Below are positions 11,302 to 21,797 of a DNA stretch of 64,000 bases, piece after piece. Where the stretch lies: the NCBI GenBank assembly GCA_963698765.1, contig CAVOSB010000026.1, forward strand, positions 10,833-74,832, written 5' to 3'. The position numbers and the translations under genes were made by a program. Below the pieces are notes generated by a model. The model made no database searches and had not been told where the DNA came from. It saw only the letters and a list, made by a program, of their open reading frames with translations. The stretch's first letter is position 1. Every line of letters begins with the position of its first letter. This DNA comes from an uncultured Chloroflexia bacterium (GTDB lineage Bacteria > Chloroflexota > Anaerolineae > Anaerolineales > UBA4823).

Positions 11302-11335
11302 AGACCTCACAGGTTTAAGAAAACCTGTGAGGTCT
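11302..11335. repeat. REP-like hairpin family B (AGACCTCACAGGTTT-N4-AAACCTGTGAGGTCT)
   Basis: Perfect 15-bp inverted repeat in an intergenic space. Confidence 0.9.
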
Positions 11336-11347
11336 CGAAATGGAAAT

Positions 11348-12291
11348 TTAATCTCCAGACATCGCCAGCAGCAGCTCGCGTGTCGAACGGTCCAGGTTGC
11401 GCACGCGTGTGACCAGCTCGGGATCCAGCCGCGACAGGCTGTGGAACAGCTCCGAGGCGGCATCAGGATTTTCGAGCAAGCGCTGAAGGGCGTGCAAGCC
11501 CTTTGGATTCAAGCGGGCGATTTGAGGCAGCAAGGCCGCCACTTCCGCCGGCACACCTTCGATCGCCGGCAGCTCTTCTACCGTCAGTGCAGGGGTCTCG
11601 GCTTTCTTGCGGAAGATGGGCAGATCCCCGCGCTTGCGTTCGTTATAAACTGCGAAAGCACCACCGCCCAGGACAAGTGCAACGATCAACGTGGCGGCGA
11701 TCACATTGCCAACATTGACCGAGCGCACACCGGTGACCATTTCATCATAGCGCTGCTGGTAGTCGACCACGTCATCTCCTCCGGTCACCAGGGAAGTCGA
11801 GCCTTCCATGGGCGCGGTATCCTGGACTGCAGTTTCCTGGTCTGCGCTCTGAGGGTGGATTTACCTGTTTCGCCGGGGTCTGACCCGGCGGGCTGTTCAG
11901 GTGCGCCCCCCTCGCCGACGGTGATACCGAGCGTTGTGGCATACACCTGCGCCAGCTCACCCATGTCTTCCGGGTGGCAGGTCTGGCAGGCAGCCTGTAT
12001 ATCGGAGAGCGGGGGGACCATACCGGAATGGGCAGCGGCTTCATCCATGCTCTGGCTGTTCCCGGCGTGGCAGATATAACAGAAATCACCGAAAGCATGC
12101 GATTTATGCCAGCCTGTGCCGTCGGCGTTCACCGGATCTTTACCCTGTATTTCGTGGCAGTTTTTACATGATGAGGCCTGCGACCCGCACTGCGCCTGCG
12201 CGCTGGCGCCGGGATAGAGCAGGACTGCTGCCGACAACAGCAGGGCGCCGGTACAGACTAAGAGAAAAATCTGATTTTTTGAAAAGGCCAT
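11348..12291 (-). CDS. Triheme cytochrome c with signal peptide, C-terminal TM anchor and cytoplasmic tail (frameshifted near 11800)
   Basis: CKNCH, CYICH, CQTCH; TM segment VIAATLIVALVLGGGAFAVY. Confidence 0.8.
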
Positions 12292-12370
12292 CGATACCCT
12301 CCCGGATTGTGGGTTGTGCTGGAAAGCCTGCTTCTGCCGCTGTTTCCAGCCTCCTAGAAGCATTAAAACC

Positions 12371-12739
12371 TTATGTATTATCCGAAGTGATCCCCACCAG
12401 CTCTGATTCCATCAGCCCGGCACGATAGGCGATCCGGCTGCGGAGTACTTCCATCAGCAAGTCAAGTGCCTCGATCAAACGCCGGTCTGTCAGGCTGTAT
12501 TCCACGCTGGGTCCCTGGCGAACAGTGCTGACCAGGCCGCTTTCACGCAGTATTTTCAGGTGCCGAGAGGTGGTGGGCTGGCTTAATCCCAATTCAGCAG
12601 CCAGGTCTTTAACGCACTGCGACCTGGCTGAAAGGGCGTAGAGCAGCATGATGCGGTTGGCATCCGCCAGTGCTGAGCACATGTTGGCGTGCAGCTGGAT
12701 CACTTCCTCATGCAGGTTCGGATTATTCATCATCACCAT
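12371..12739 (-). CDS. ArsR/SmtB family transcriptional regulator
   Basis: ALADANRIMLL...LGLSQPTTSRHLKILRESGLV...G..VEYSL. Confidence 0.92.
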   Translation of the reverse strand: MVMMNNPNLHEEVIQLHANMCSALADANRIMLLYALSARSQCVKDLAAELGLSQPTTSRHLKILRESGLVSTVRQGPSVEYSLTDRRLIEALDLLMEVLRSRIAYRAGLMESELVGITSDNT

Positions 12740-12893
12740 ACCTTGAATTCCACTCAGATGTCACTTTCTATTAACAGGATTTTCCCGCCCGGTAATGAAT
12801 ACCGGCCTAGATATTTCAGGTTCCTTCGATATATGCGTATAATGACATGAACGGATTTATCTATATGATAGTTGACTGGTTTTCAAGCTGATA

Positions 12894-12907
12894 GTGATAT
12901 TTGTCAC
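12894..12907. promoter_or_regulatory. GTGA-N6-TCAC palindrome (CRP/FNR- or Rex-like site)
   Basis: GTGATATTTGTCAC in the divergent promoter region upstream of arsR; near-identical site at 54895. Confidence 0.45.
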
Positions 12908-13027
12908 ATATTTTTCACACAATCATAATAAACTTGTCGACGGAGAAGGACCGCTCGGATGATGGATTTCTGAGGTAAAATGCCCCATGCTCAACCATGG
13001 GCGATCACATTTCTACCTGATTGGAAG

Positions 13028-14280
13028 ATGGACGAAGAAATTCTGAATGCGGATCCAGACCCGGAGACTGCGAAGGAAAGCGGCAGCCTTCAGGATAAAA
13101 GTAAGCAAAATCTACGTATTGTGGTGCGGGTTGCGTTCGGTATCATCGTGATCGGTGCTCTCGTCCTGCTGCCGCGCTTCCAGGACAAAATATTCAGCCT
13201 CTTACCGCTCAACCCGTTGTTTGGCGCCGAAGGCTCGGGATCACTGGCCTGGCTGCCAAAACTCGAAGTCACTCCAACCTTTACCCCTTACAGTGGTTTC
13301 GACCAGCTGTTCACACCCACGCCTGCTGCGACGCAGACCGTCCAGGACCAACCCATTGAACTGGAGCAGTCACCCTACATCCACCCACAAGGACATTTTC
13401 AATTCGAATACCCCAAAGGCTGGAGGGTGGAAGACGGCGACCAGGAAGCCACCATCCTGACTCCGGACCGCAGTGGGAGAATCTTGATCCAGGTAACCGA
13501 TACCGGTTATGCCCTGGATACTACTTTTTCAAGCGTTTTGTCGAAGGCCGTGAAAAGAACCAATTCACACAGCCAGCATCCGCCGAAATCGTCTACATCC
13601 CATTGGAGGAGAGCATAGATGAGGGCGATGGAAGCGCAGTCGTCACGAAAGAGCTCTACCGGGGTGGTGAATTCGAGGTGGTACGCAGCTTCTATCTCCA
13701 GGACGGCGAACTGATCTACACAGGCGACCTTTGGACAAAGGAAGATCTGCTCGAAAGCCATTCCAGGAGCATGGAGAGTATCTGGGATTCGATCTCCGGA
13801 AATTCGGAAGAAGCAGGTGATCTCGATATCTATCACTGGGTTTTCCGGAAAGAAGACCCTGAGAACAGTTACAGCGTAGACATACCTGTCCCCTGGCTGC
13901 CGGAGCAGACCAGGAGCCGGAGCTCAAGCATCGAAACCTACCACTCCCCCGACCAACACGCAGTCATCCAGCTGATCAGCTATAGCACGAAGATCGAATT
14001 ATCGGATGTATTGGTCGGTAATTTCGTCCTGCAGCTGTTGCGGGATTACTATACCCGTGATGTGGTGATCACGGCAGACCAGATCGTGAGCAATGGAAAT
14101 GAGCAGCTGGCCTGGTATTCCCCGACCGGCGGCTACCGGGGTATCACACAATTCAGGAGGGTTGGGCTGAACACGCTGGTGATCCTGACGACGATCGCAG
14201 ATAATGACTACCTGGAAATTTACCGGGATTTGCGCGAGCGCACCATGGATAGTTTTGAGATTGAAGGCAGCTCCGAATAA
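13028..14280 (+). CDS. Membrane-anchored protein with PsbP/DcrB-like domains (frameshifted near 13520)
   Basis: TM helix, TPT linker, and the FQFEYPKGW and YSVDIPVPW strand motifs. Confidence 0.55.
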
Positions 14281-14505
14281 GCTGGAGACGCAAGCCGCCA
14301 GCCTGTGTCGTTGACTTTTTATTCAAAGTGCATATAATCAAATCACTTTTGGAGGAGATAAAGGCAAGCATCCGCCGGGTGCACATACCGATCAAAAGGC
14401 TGAGACCGGAATATTCGTAATGCTGCCCCTGGTGAACACCGGGGATATCTCCTAAGAAATTCGGAAAATAGATAATTGAAGTAATTCTTATTCGGAGATT
14501 GCAGA

Positions 14506-15230
14506 GTGGATCACAAGTGGACCAGTTTGCACATCGCCGTCATCATTCCCGCGTACAATGAAGCGGGAAACATCGCTGCACTCGTCCAAGAAGTCAATCA
14601 GGTCATTCCTGGCGCGAAGATCGTGGTGATCGATGATGGATCGAGTGATAACACGGGGCAAATTGCCAGATCTGCCGGAGCCATTGTACTGACCCCTCCC
14701 TTTAACATCGGGATTGGCGGCGCTGTCCAGACCGGATTAAAATTGGCGGTTATCGAAGGGGATGATATTGTGATTCGCCTGGACGGTGATGGACAGCACC
14801 CACCATTTGAAATTCCCAGCCTGCTGGAGGCAGTTGCCAGCGGTGAGGCCGATGTAGCTATCGGCTCTCGTTTCTGCTCTGGAGGTGAAGCGCCTCCCAT
14901 CAGTGTTGCCCGGCGGATTGGGATATTCTTCTTCAGCCAGCTGACCTCCCTGCTGGCAGGGCAGAAAGTGACAGACCCAACTTCGGGTTTCTACGTGATG
15001 GATAAAAAGGCCGCGGCGTTCCTCTCGCACAACCTCTCACAGGACTACCCGGAAGTGGACGCCCGCGTTCTGCTCTCCAGGGCTGGCTTCCGCGTCAAGG
15101 AATACGCTACGAAAATGCGGCCGCGTGTGATGGAGTCTCTTCCATCACAGTCTGGCGAGCGTTTTATTACGTGCTGAAGGTTTCATTATCTGTCATCGTG
15201 GCGCGCTCGCGGACAATTTCCCCGGAATAA
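14506..15230 (+). CDS. GT2 glycosyltransferase (polyprenol-phosphate sugar synthase/DPM1-like)
   Basis: IIPAYNE, IDDGSSD, LDGDGQH, GSRF, TDPTSGF. Confidence 0.9.
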
Positions 15231-15255
15231 GCCTGAAAATCGGAGAATGGAGATA

Positions 15256-15756
15256 ATGATGAGTATCAGTTATCGCATAGTTATTATCATTTCCAGCATT
15301 TTCCTGATCATCACGGTCTGGTCATTGATCAAACGCGGCCTGTTCCGCCCGGCTTACGCACTGCTGTGGTTTTTCGGCTCTTTTGCCATCCTGCTGCTGG
15401 CGCTATTTCCCGAATTCATCCCTTTCGTCGCACGTTTATTCGGTGTAGACTACCCACCGTCCGTAGCTTTCGCCTTTGGCATTTTCATATTAATCATCCT
15501 GCTGCTCAACCAGACAATTTACCTGTCCACATTCGCCAGGCTGAACAAAGAGCTGGCTCAAAATTACGCTTTGCTGCAGTACCGGCTTGAGCGGCTGGAA
15601 GGAGTTGTGGCTCGGGAACAGGGAGAAAATTTCCCGGATGCCAGGCAAATCTCCGGGCCGGGAGAGATACAAACACTCCCTACCGGAAGCAAAACTGGGC
15701 AGGGCGATCCCGATGTAGGCCCGGGTGATATTAATTTGCCCCTAACACAGACGTGA
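15256..15756 (+). CDS. DUF2304-like small membrane protein (usual GT2 partner)
   Basis: Three TM helices, YALLW, FGVDYPP, ELAQ..ALL; directly after the GT2 gene. Confidence 0.75.
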   Translation: MMSISYRIVIIISSIFLIITVWSLIKRGLFRPAYALLWFFGSFAILLLALFPEFIPFVARLFGVDYPPSVAFAFGIFILIILLLNQTIYLSTFARLNKELAQNYALLQYRLERLEGVVAREQGENFPDARQISGPGEIQTLPTGSKTGQGDPDVGPGDINLPLTQT

Positions 15757-15771
15757 TAATCTAAAGGTGAA

Positions 15772-17434
15772 ATGCCAATGAGCTATCGTGTTTGGGTAAT
15801 AGGCCTGGATGGGGCCACATTTGACCTGATCCTGCCGTGGGCGAAGGCCGGTCATCTGCCGGTATTGGCAGCGCCTGCTGAATGAAGGCACATGGGGCGA
15901 GGTGCGCAGCACCATCCCCCCGATCACAGGCCCGGCCTGGACCAGCTTCATGAGCGGCACCAACCCGGGCAGGCACGGTATCTTTGATTGGGTTTACCGC
16001 AAGCAGGGCAGCTACGAGTTCCACCCGGTCACGGCTGCCAACAGCCGACAACCAAGCCTGTGGAAGATCGCCAGTGCGGCTGGAAAACGGGTCATGGCGC
16101 TGAACGTGCCGATGACCTTTCCGCCCGAGGAAGTCAACGGCATCATCGTCTCGGGTCTACCGGCGACCTCGCTGACAACTTATCCTTCTCAGCTGGCCAG
16201 GGAAATCCTGGCAGATAATCCCGATTACGTGGTGTATCCCGACCCAGGCCAGGCTTATTCCGACCAGGGCATCCAGTCTTTCCTCGCCACACTGGAAAAA
16301 TCCATCCAGGGTCAGACCAGGCTGTGGCGCAGCTTCATGCAGCAGGAGAAATGGGATTTTGCGATGCTGGTCTACAATGCCACAGATGTCGTCCAGCACG
16401 CGATGTGGAAATTCATGTCGCCCAGCCACCCACAGCACGACGCGCGCAAGGCAGAAAAGTACCAGGACGCGATCCTGGACACTTACCGCAGGCTGGACAC
16501 CATCCTGGGAGAGACAATCCAATCGATGGATGATGACAGCGTGCTGTGGCTGATGTCGGACCACGGGTTCGGCCCGATCACGCATTTCATCCACGTCAAT
16601 ACCTGGCTGATCCAGCAGGGTTTTATGTCACTGCAGTCCGATGCGCTGACACGCCTGAAAGCCTTTTTATTCCGCCTGGGCCTGGCTCCTATGCCGATCT
16701 ACGACCTGCTGATCCGCCTGGGTTTCGGGCGGTTCAAGCGCGAGGTGGTGCGCGGCAGAGGACAGGGAATGTTGAAAGCACTGTTCCTCTCATTTAACAA
16801 TGTGAATTGGAGTAAGACACGGGCGTATTCCCTGGGAAATATCGGCCAGATCCGGATCAACCTGCAGGGACGCGAGCCAGAAGGTCTTATCCAGCCGGGT
16901 GCAGAATACGAGCGGGTGGTGGAAGAAATCATCGCCAGCCTTGAAGAGCTGCGAGACCCCGACAGCGGAGAGCTGGTGATCGAAAGCGTGTACCGCAACC
17001 CGGAGGTTTACCATGGAAAGGCAGCAGCCGATGGCGCCGACATCCTGTTTCTCCCCCGCCGGCTGGAATACTTCGGCTTTGGCGAATACGAATTCGCCGA
17101 CAACCGGGTGGTCGCCCCCCTTAAGCGCGGCATATCGGGCACACACCGCATGAACGGCATCGGGATCGCCTGGGGTAAACCTATCCGCAGCGGGCGGCTG
17201 GAAAATGCCAGGCTGGAAGATTTTGCCCCCACCATCCTGCACCTGCTGGGACTGCCGGTGCCGGCGCACATGGACGGCAGGCCGATGCTGGAGATACTGG
17301 CGGATGACGCAAGCCTGCCAGCGGTGCAGTATGGACCGGGCTGGGAGGATGGCGATAACCCGCACCTCCACCTGTCTATCCAGGAAGAGGACACCATCCG
17401 GCAGCGGCTGAGAGACCTGGGATATGTGGCGTGA
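15772..17434 (+). CDS. Alkaline phosphatase superfamily protein (type I phosphodiesterase/nucleotide pyrophosphatase)
   Basis: VIGLDGA, STIPPITGPAW, MSDHGF, SGTHRMNG, C-terminal RLRDLGY; frameshift near 15865. Confidence 0.85.
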
Positions 17435-17445
17435 GAAGAACCAGT

Positions 17446-17505
17446 AAGACCTCACAGGTCTAAGAAGACCCTGGCCAGAACGCCAGGACTGGCCTGTGAG
17501 GTCTT
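17446..17505. repeat. Family B hairpin with nested CCTGGC-CAGAAC-GCCAGG element
   Basis: AAGACCTCACAGG...CCTGTGAGGTCTT arms enclosing an internal hairpin. Confidence 0.8.
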
Positions 17506-17550
17506 GTTGTGCGTTCTATGATATAGAATCGGAAGAGAGAGGTTGATTTT

Positions 17551-18385
17551 TTGAAACATGCGCTGACCGTCGACCTGGAAGACTGGTACCACGGCCTGAC
17601 CAGCACCAACGCCAGGCCGGAAACCTGGCCATCCTTGAGCAGCCGGACGGAGCAGACGGTTGAGCTGCTGCTGGATCTTTTTGCAGCCAACCAGCTGCAT
17701 GCCACCTTTTTCGTCCTGGGCGACCTGGCGCAGAAGTGTCCAGGCGTGATCCGGCGCATCGCTGAGGCAGGCCACGAGCTGGGCAGCCACGGCTTTTCCC
17801 ACCGCCCGGTGCACCAGTTAAAACCTTCCGAATTTAAGGCAGAGCTGGACCGCACCACTCAACTCGTCCAGGACATCAGCGGCCAGGCGGTGAAGGGTTT
17901 TCGGGCGCCGTACTTTTCCATCGACCAGCGCTGCCTGTGGGCGTTCGAGGTGCTGGCTGAAAGCGGATACCAGTACGATTTCCAGCGTTTTTCCTCTGCG
18001 CACCATACTCTACGGCTATCCAGGAGCCTCCCGCTACCCGTTCCGCCCACTGCCGGGGGCCGAGCTGGTCGAATACCCGGTGGCTACCATCAGGGCTGCA
18101 GGGCTGACACTCCCGGCAGCCGGAGGTTTCTACTTCCGGATTTACCCCTACACCTTTATCCGCTGGTCGCTGCGGTCACTGGAAAAAAAGGCCCAGTCAG
18201 GCGTGCTGTATATGCACCCCTGGGAATTCGACCAGCATCAGCCGCGCATCCCGGTGACTTTCCGTGAGCGCATCACGCACTTCGCAGGCCGGTCGAGCTG
18301 GGCGGAAAAATTGACGCGCCTTGCCCGGGATTTCGAGCTGGTACCATTGGGGGAGCTGCACCGCTTATGGCTACAGAGAAATTGA
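17551..18385 (+). CDS. Polysaccharide deacetylase (CE4; XrtA-system/DUF3473 type), frameshifted
   Basis: TVDLEDWY, ATFFVLG, HELGSHGFSH, GFRAPYFS, GGFYFR, YMHPWEFD. Confidence 0.88.
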
Positions 18386-19488
18386 TCCTGCCTCCCATCC
18401 TTGCAGAACAGATCGACCGCGCCAATTCCGGCCAGAGCGACAGATGGAACATCGAAAGACTGTCAGCAGGCAACCGGCAGGATTGGGATGAATTCGTACG
18501 TTCTTCTTCCGACGGCCTGCCGACACAGCTTTCAGCCTGGGAAGGGATCATGAGCGCAAGCTACGGCTACCCCTGCCATTTCCTGTTGGCCCGCAGGGAC
18601 GGGCGAGTGGAGGGGGTGCTGCCGCTGTTCCTGGTAGACAGCTTTCTGACAGGCCGGCGGCTGGACAGCATGCCGGGCGCGGCCTGCGCCTGTGATTCAC
18701 AAGCCGCCAACGCCCTGCTGCTGGCAGCCGACCAGCTGGCTCACGAGCTGAAAATCGATTACCTGCTGCTGCGCGATGCCCGCCACTCATGGCCAGACAG
18801 CAACCTGGAAGTGCTCGAAGCTCACCGGGGGATCAGGCGCCAGCTGATCCACGACAGCGAGAAGACCTGGAAATCCCTGCCCAAGGATGTGCGCTACCAC
18901 ATCCGCAACGGGCAAAAACAGGCGGAGCTGGAAATCGTCACTGACCAGACTGGCGTGCAGGATTTTTATGCGTTTCTCAACCACTACAACCGCAGGACCG
19001 GCACACCCTCATTCTCCTACCGGTTCCTCGAGCATGTCACCAGGGCATTACCGGACGGCTACCAGATCACCCGCCTGTTTCACCAGGGTAAGTGGATCGG
19101 TGGTTTTTTTAACTTCCGGATGGGAGGTTCGATCTACGGCATGTGGGGTGGCTCATCGCATGAATTCCTGAAGATGAAACCGAACCACCAGGCGCTGTGG
19201 GCCATGATCCAGCAAGGGTCGGCGCAGGGGTTTACGGTGCTGGACATGGGCCGCTCGGAATACCCGTCGACCCAATACGATTTCAAGGAGCAGTGGGGAG
19301 ACCAGGTTTACCCGATCTACCAGCTGTTCACTGTCTACCGGGGTAAGAAACCCCGGATGCTCGAGATACGCAACACCCAGCAAAAATACGGGCGCTTTTC
19401 GCTGTTCCGGTCGGCCTGGAAACGCTTGCCTGACCGGGCCGCGCGCCGACTGGGTCCGCATATACGCTGGCACCTGCCATTCGGATGA
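18367..19488 (+). CDS. FemAB-like GNAT family protein
   Basis: GVLPLFLV, GTPSF, PNHQALW, LDMGRS...FKEQWG. Confidence 0.8.
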   Translation: MATEKLILPPILAEQIDRANSGQSDRWNIERLSAGNRQDWDEFVRSSSDGLPTQLSAWEGIMSASYGYPCHFLLARRDGRVEGVLPLFLVDSFLTGRRLDSMPGAACACDSQAANALLLAADQLAHELKIDYLLLRDARHSWPDSNLEVLEAHRGIRRQLIHDSEKTWKSLPKDVRYHIRNGQKQAELEIVTDQTGVQDFYAFLNHYNRRTGTPSFSYRFLEHVTRALPDGYQITRLFHQGKWIGGFFNFRMGGSIYGMWGGSSHEFLKMKPNHQALWAMIQQGSAQGFTVLDMGRSEYPSTQYDFKEQWGDQVYPIYQLFTVYRGKKPRMLEIRNTQQKYGRFSLFRSAWKRLPDRAARRLGPHIRWHLPFG

Positions 19489-20516
19489 AACCTGTGCAAA
19501 AAAAGTCGCGAACGAAGTACTGGATAAACCACCTGCTGCGGCTGATCGGGTTAGGCTTATTCATCTGGATTCTCAGCCAGGTGGACCTGAAGTCGATCCG
19601 GGATATCCTGCGCGGGGCCGATCCCTGGCTGGTGGCGCTGGGGGTTGCCATGGCGGCACCGACCGTGGCGATCCGCGCCTGGCGCCTGTGGCTGATCCTG
19701 GCGACTTTTGGACTGCGCATCCCCTACCTCAAGACCCTGGTGATCCGCCTGATCGGGGCGGCCAGCGGTGATATGATGCCTGGTCGTACCGGCGAAGTGA
19801 TCAGCATTGCCTACCTGCAGAAGGAAGGACTGGGCATCCGCGATCCGGCATTGACCTTGATTCTCGACCGGCTGTTCGATTTCGTGATCCTGGCGGTGTT
19901 GGCCATCGCCGGCCTGACATTCATCGGTAAACAGGTCATTCCTGAGCTCGAAACCATCAACTGGATCCTGGGGCTGTTTGCAGCCGGCTTCGTAGCGATG
20001 ATTGTTTTGATCCTGGTGCTGAAATCGAAGCCCGAATTGACGACCAGGATCATCCAGAAAGTACTCCCCAGGCGCTGGTACGACACGCTGAACGAGCTGT
20101 GGCTGGCGAAGGATGGAAGAAAATCCGAATACCCGCTGCGTTGGGATGTCAAAACAGTGATCTACGTGGCGCTGGCCAGCCTGCTGTCTTTCGCCTTCCT
20201 GTTCCTGCGCGGCTACTTCCTGGCGCGCTCGATATCCATCGATATCTCCCTGCCATACCTGGCAGCCACCATGGCCATCACCACCCTGCTGCAGCTGATT
20301 CCGGTGAGCAACGTGTTGGGCATCGGCACACGCGAAGTCAGCCTGATCTATTTATTCGGGCTGGTCGGCATCTCGGCCGAGCTGGCGGTGGGTTTTTCTT
20401 TCCTGATCGTCTTCGCCTTACTGATTCAAGACCTGGTGGGGTTAATTTTGTGGTGGCGCTTTCCCCTCGATACCCCGCTGGCAGGAACACAAGGAAAACC
20501 AGCCCGGTCGAAGTAA
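19485..20516 (+). CDS. Flippase-like membrane protein (lysylphosphatidylglycerol synthase TM domain)
   Basis: PGRTGEV, DRLFD and LGIGTRE motifs; multiple TM helices. Confidence 0.85.
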   Translation: MKPVQKKSRTKYWINHLLRLIGLGLFIWILSQVDLKSIRDILRGADPWLVALGVAMAAPTVAIRAWRLWLILATFGLRIPYLKTLVIRLIGAASGDMMPGRTGEVISIAYLQKEGLGIRDPALTLILDRLFDFVILAVLAIAGLTFIGKQVIPELETINWILGLFAAGFVAMIVLILVLKSKPELTTRIIQKVLPRRWYDTLNELWLAKDGRKSEYPLRWDVKTVIYVALASLLSFAFLFLRGYFLARSISIDISLPYLAATMAITTLLQLIPVSNVLGIGTREVSLIYLFGLVGISAELAVGFSFLIVFALLIQDLVGLILWWRFPLDTPLAGTQGKPARSK

Positions 20517-20535
20517 AATTGTCGAGTTATTAAAG

Positions 20536-21797
20536 ATGTTTGCACACCTGCCTCCAACGGCTGCACCGCTCTCATCCCGCGCCCTGATAAAGGGATTATT
20601 CGGCTCGCCCAGGGGAAAACCCGCCGTGGCTGGCTTTGAGCAGCTGCTGGAGAAGTATTTCGATACTCAGAAGGTATTCACTTTTACTTCCGGACGTGCG
20701 GCTTTCCGGGTGATCCTGGAAACAATCAAGAAGCGCCCGGACCTGCAAAACCGGAAGCAGGTGATCCTCCCGGCGTATACCTGCCCGGTGCTGGTGAAAG
20801 CTGTCGAAGACGCCGGGTTGGTCCCGCTGCTGTGTGACATCAGGCCTGCCAGCCTGGATTACGAGCCGGAACAGCTGCAGCAGCTGGCAAAACAGGAGAC
20901 CCTGGCATTGGTGCACGTACACCTGTTCGGCCTGCCGCGCGAGCGAGAGGCGCTCGAATTCGGCGGCTGCAAACAGCGGGGCGCTGTTGATCGATGATGC
21001 CTGCCAGGCAATGGGTGCGGAGCTTGAGCAGCGGAAAATTGGGTCGTTCGGCGAAATGGGCTTCGCCAGCTTCGGTCCGGGAAAGCCGTTGAGCCTGGGG
21101 GGCGGCGGAATGCTGTCGGTAAATTCACCTGGTTGGGCAACCGAGGTGGAAGAGACGATCCTAAGTCGAGGGGATTTCGGCCGGGGAAATCCGCTGGCCT
21201 CACCGATGGCCTGGATGCGCCTGCTGGCGCTTAATTTCATCTTCCAGCCCGCCGGTTGGCAGCTGGCAACTTCGCTGGGGCTGCACAAGATGGGAGATGA
21301 TGAGAAAAACTGGGGCTACCGGCTGAGCCGGCTGACCCCTGTACAGGCCAGGACCGGGCTGGAATCCCTGGCAAGCCTGGAATCGTTAAACCACAGGCGC
21401 AGGCAAAATGGAGAGACTCTGAAGCAAAGCATTGAAGGACATACCAGGCTTAACGTGCGTGCCAGCGCCCGTCGGAGCTGTTCCCGGCTACCTGAGATTT
21501 CCGCTGCTGGTGGATGACCTGGAGATGCGCGACAGGATTTTCCAGCAACTTGCTGCGGCTAAAATCGGAGTGGGAAAGATGTACCGCAAGACCCTGCCGG
21601 ATCTCATCCCGGATTTGAAGTCGGGGAGCTATCCGGGAGCAGAGTACGTCGCCCGCCACCTGCTCACCCTTCCTGTTCACCAGTATGTTAAGGAAGCACA
21701 CTTAAACCTGATGGTGCAGATCATCACCGGAATCACTGCAGGCGGAGAGACAAAAATTCAAAGTGTAAATTCGATCAGGATAAATCATGGCGACTGA
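20536..21797 (+). CDS. DegT/DnrJ/EryC1/StrS aminotransferase (frameshifted twice)
   Basis: SGRAA, LPAYTCP, HLFGLP, IDDACQAMG, SFGPGKPL with the PLP lysine, LLTLPVH. Confidence 0.85.

Noticed and set aside
11105..12079. Long antisense ORFs (e.g. 11105-12079 +, 48443-49435 -, 57658-58779 +)
   Set aside because: They are shadows of real genes on the opposite strand in GC-rich DNA and have no domain motifs.
14281..14505. c-di-GMP riboswitch or ops/JUMPStart element before the glycosylation operon
   Set aside because: Only a small hairpin (CCCCTGGTGAACACCGGGG) is visible; the diagnostic motifs are absent.
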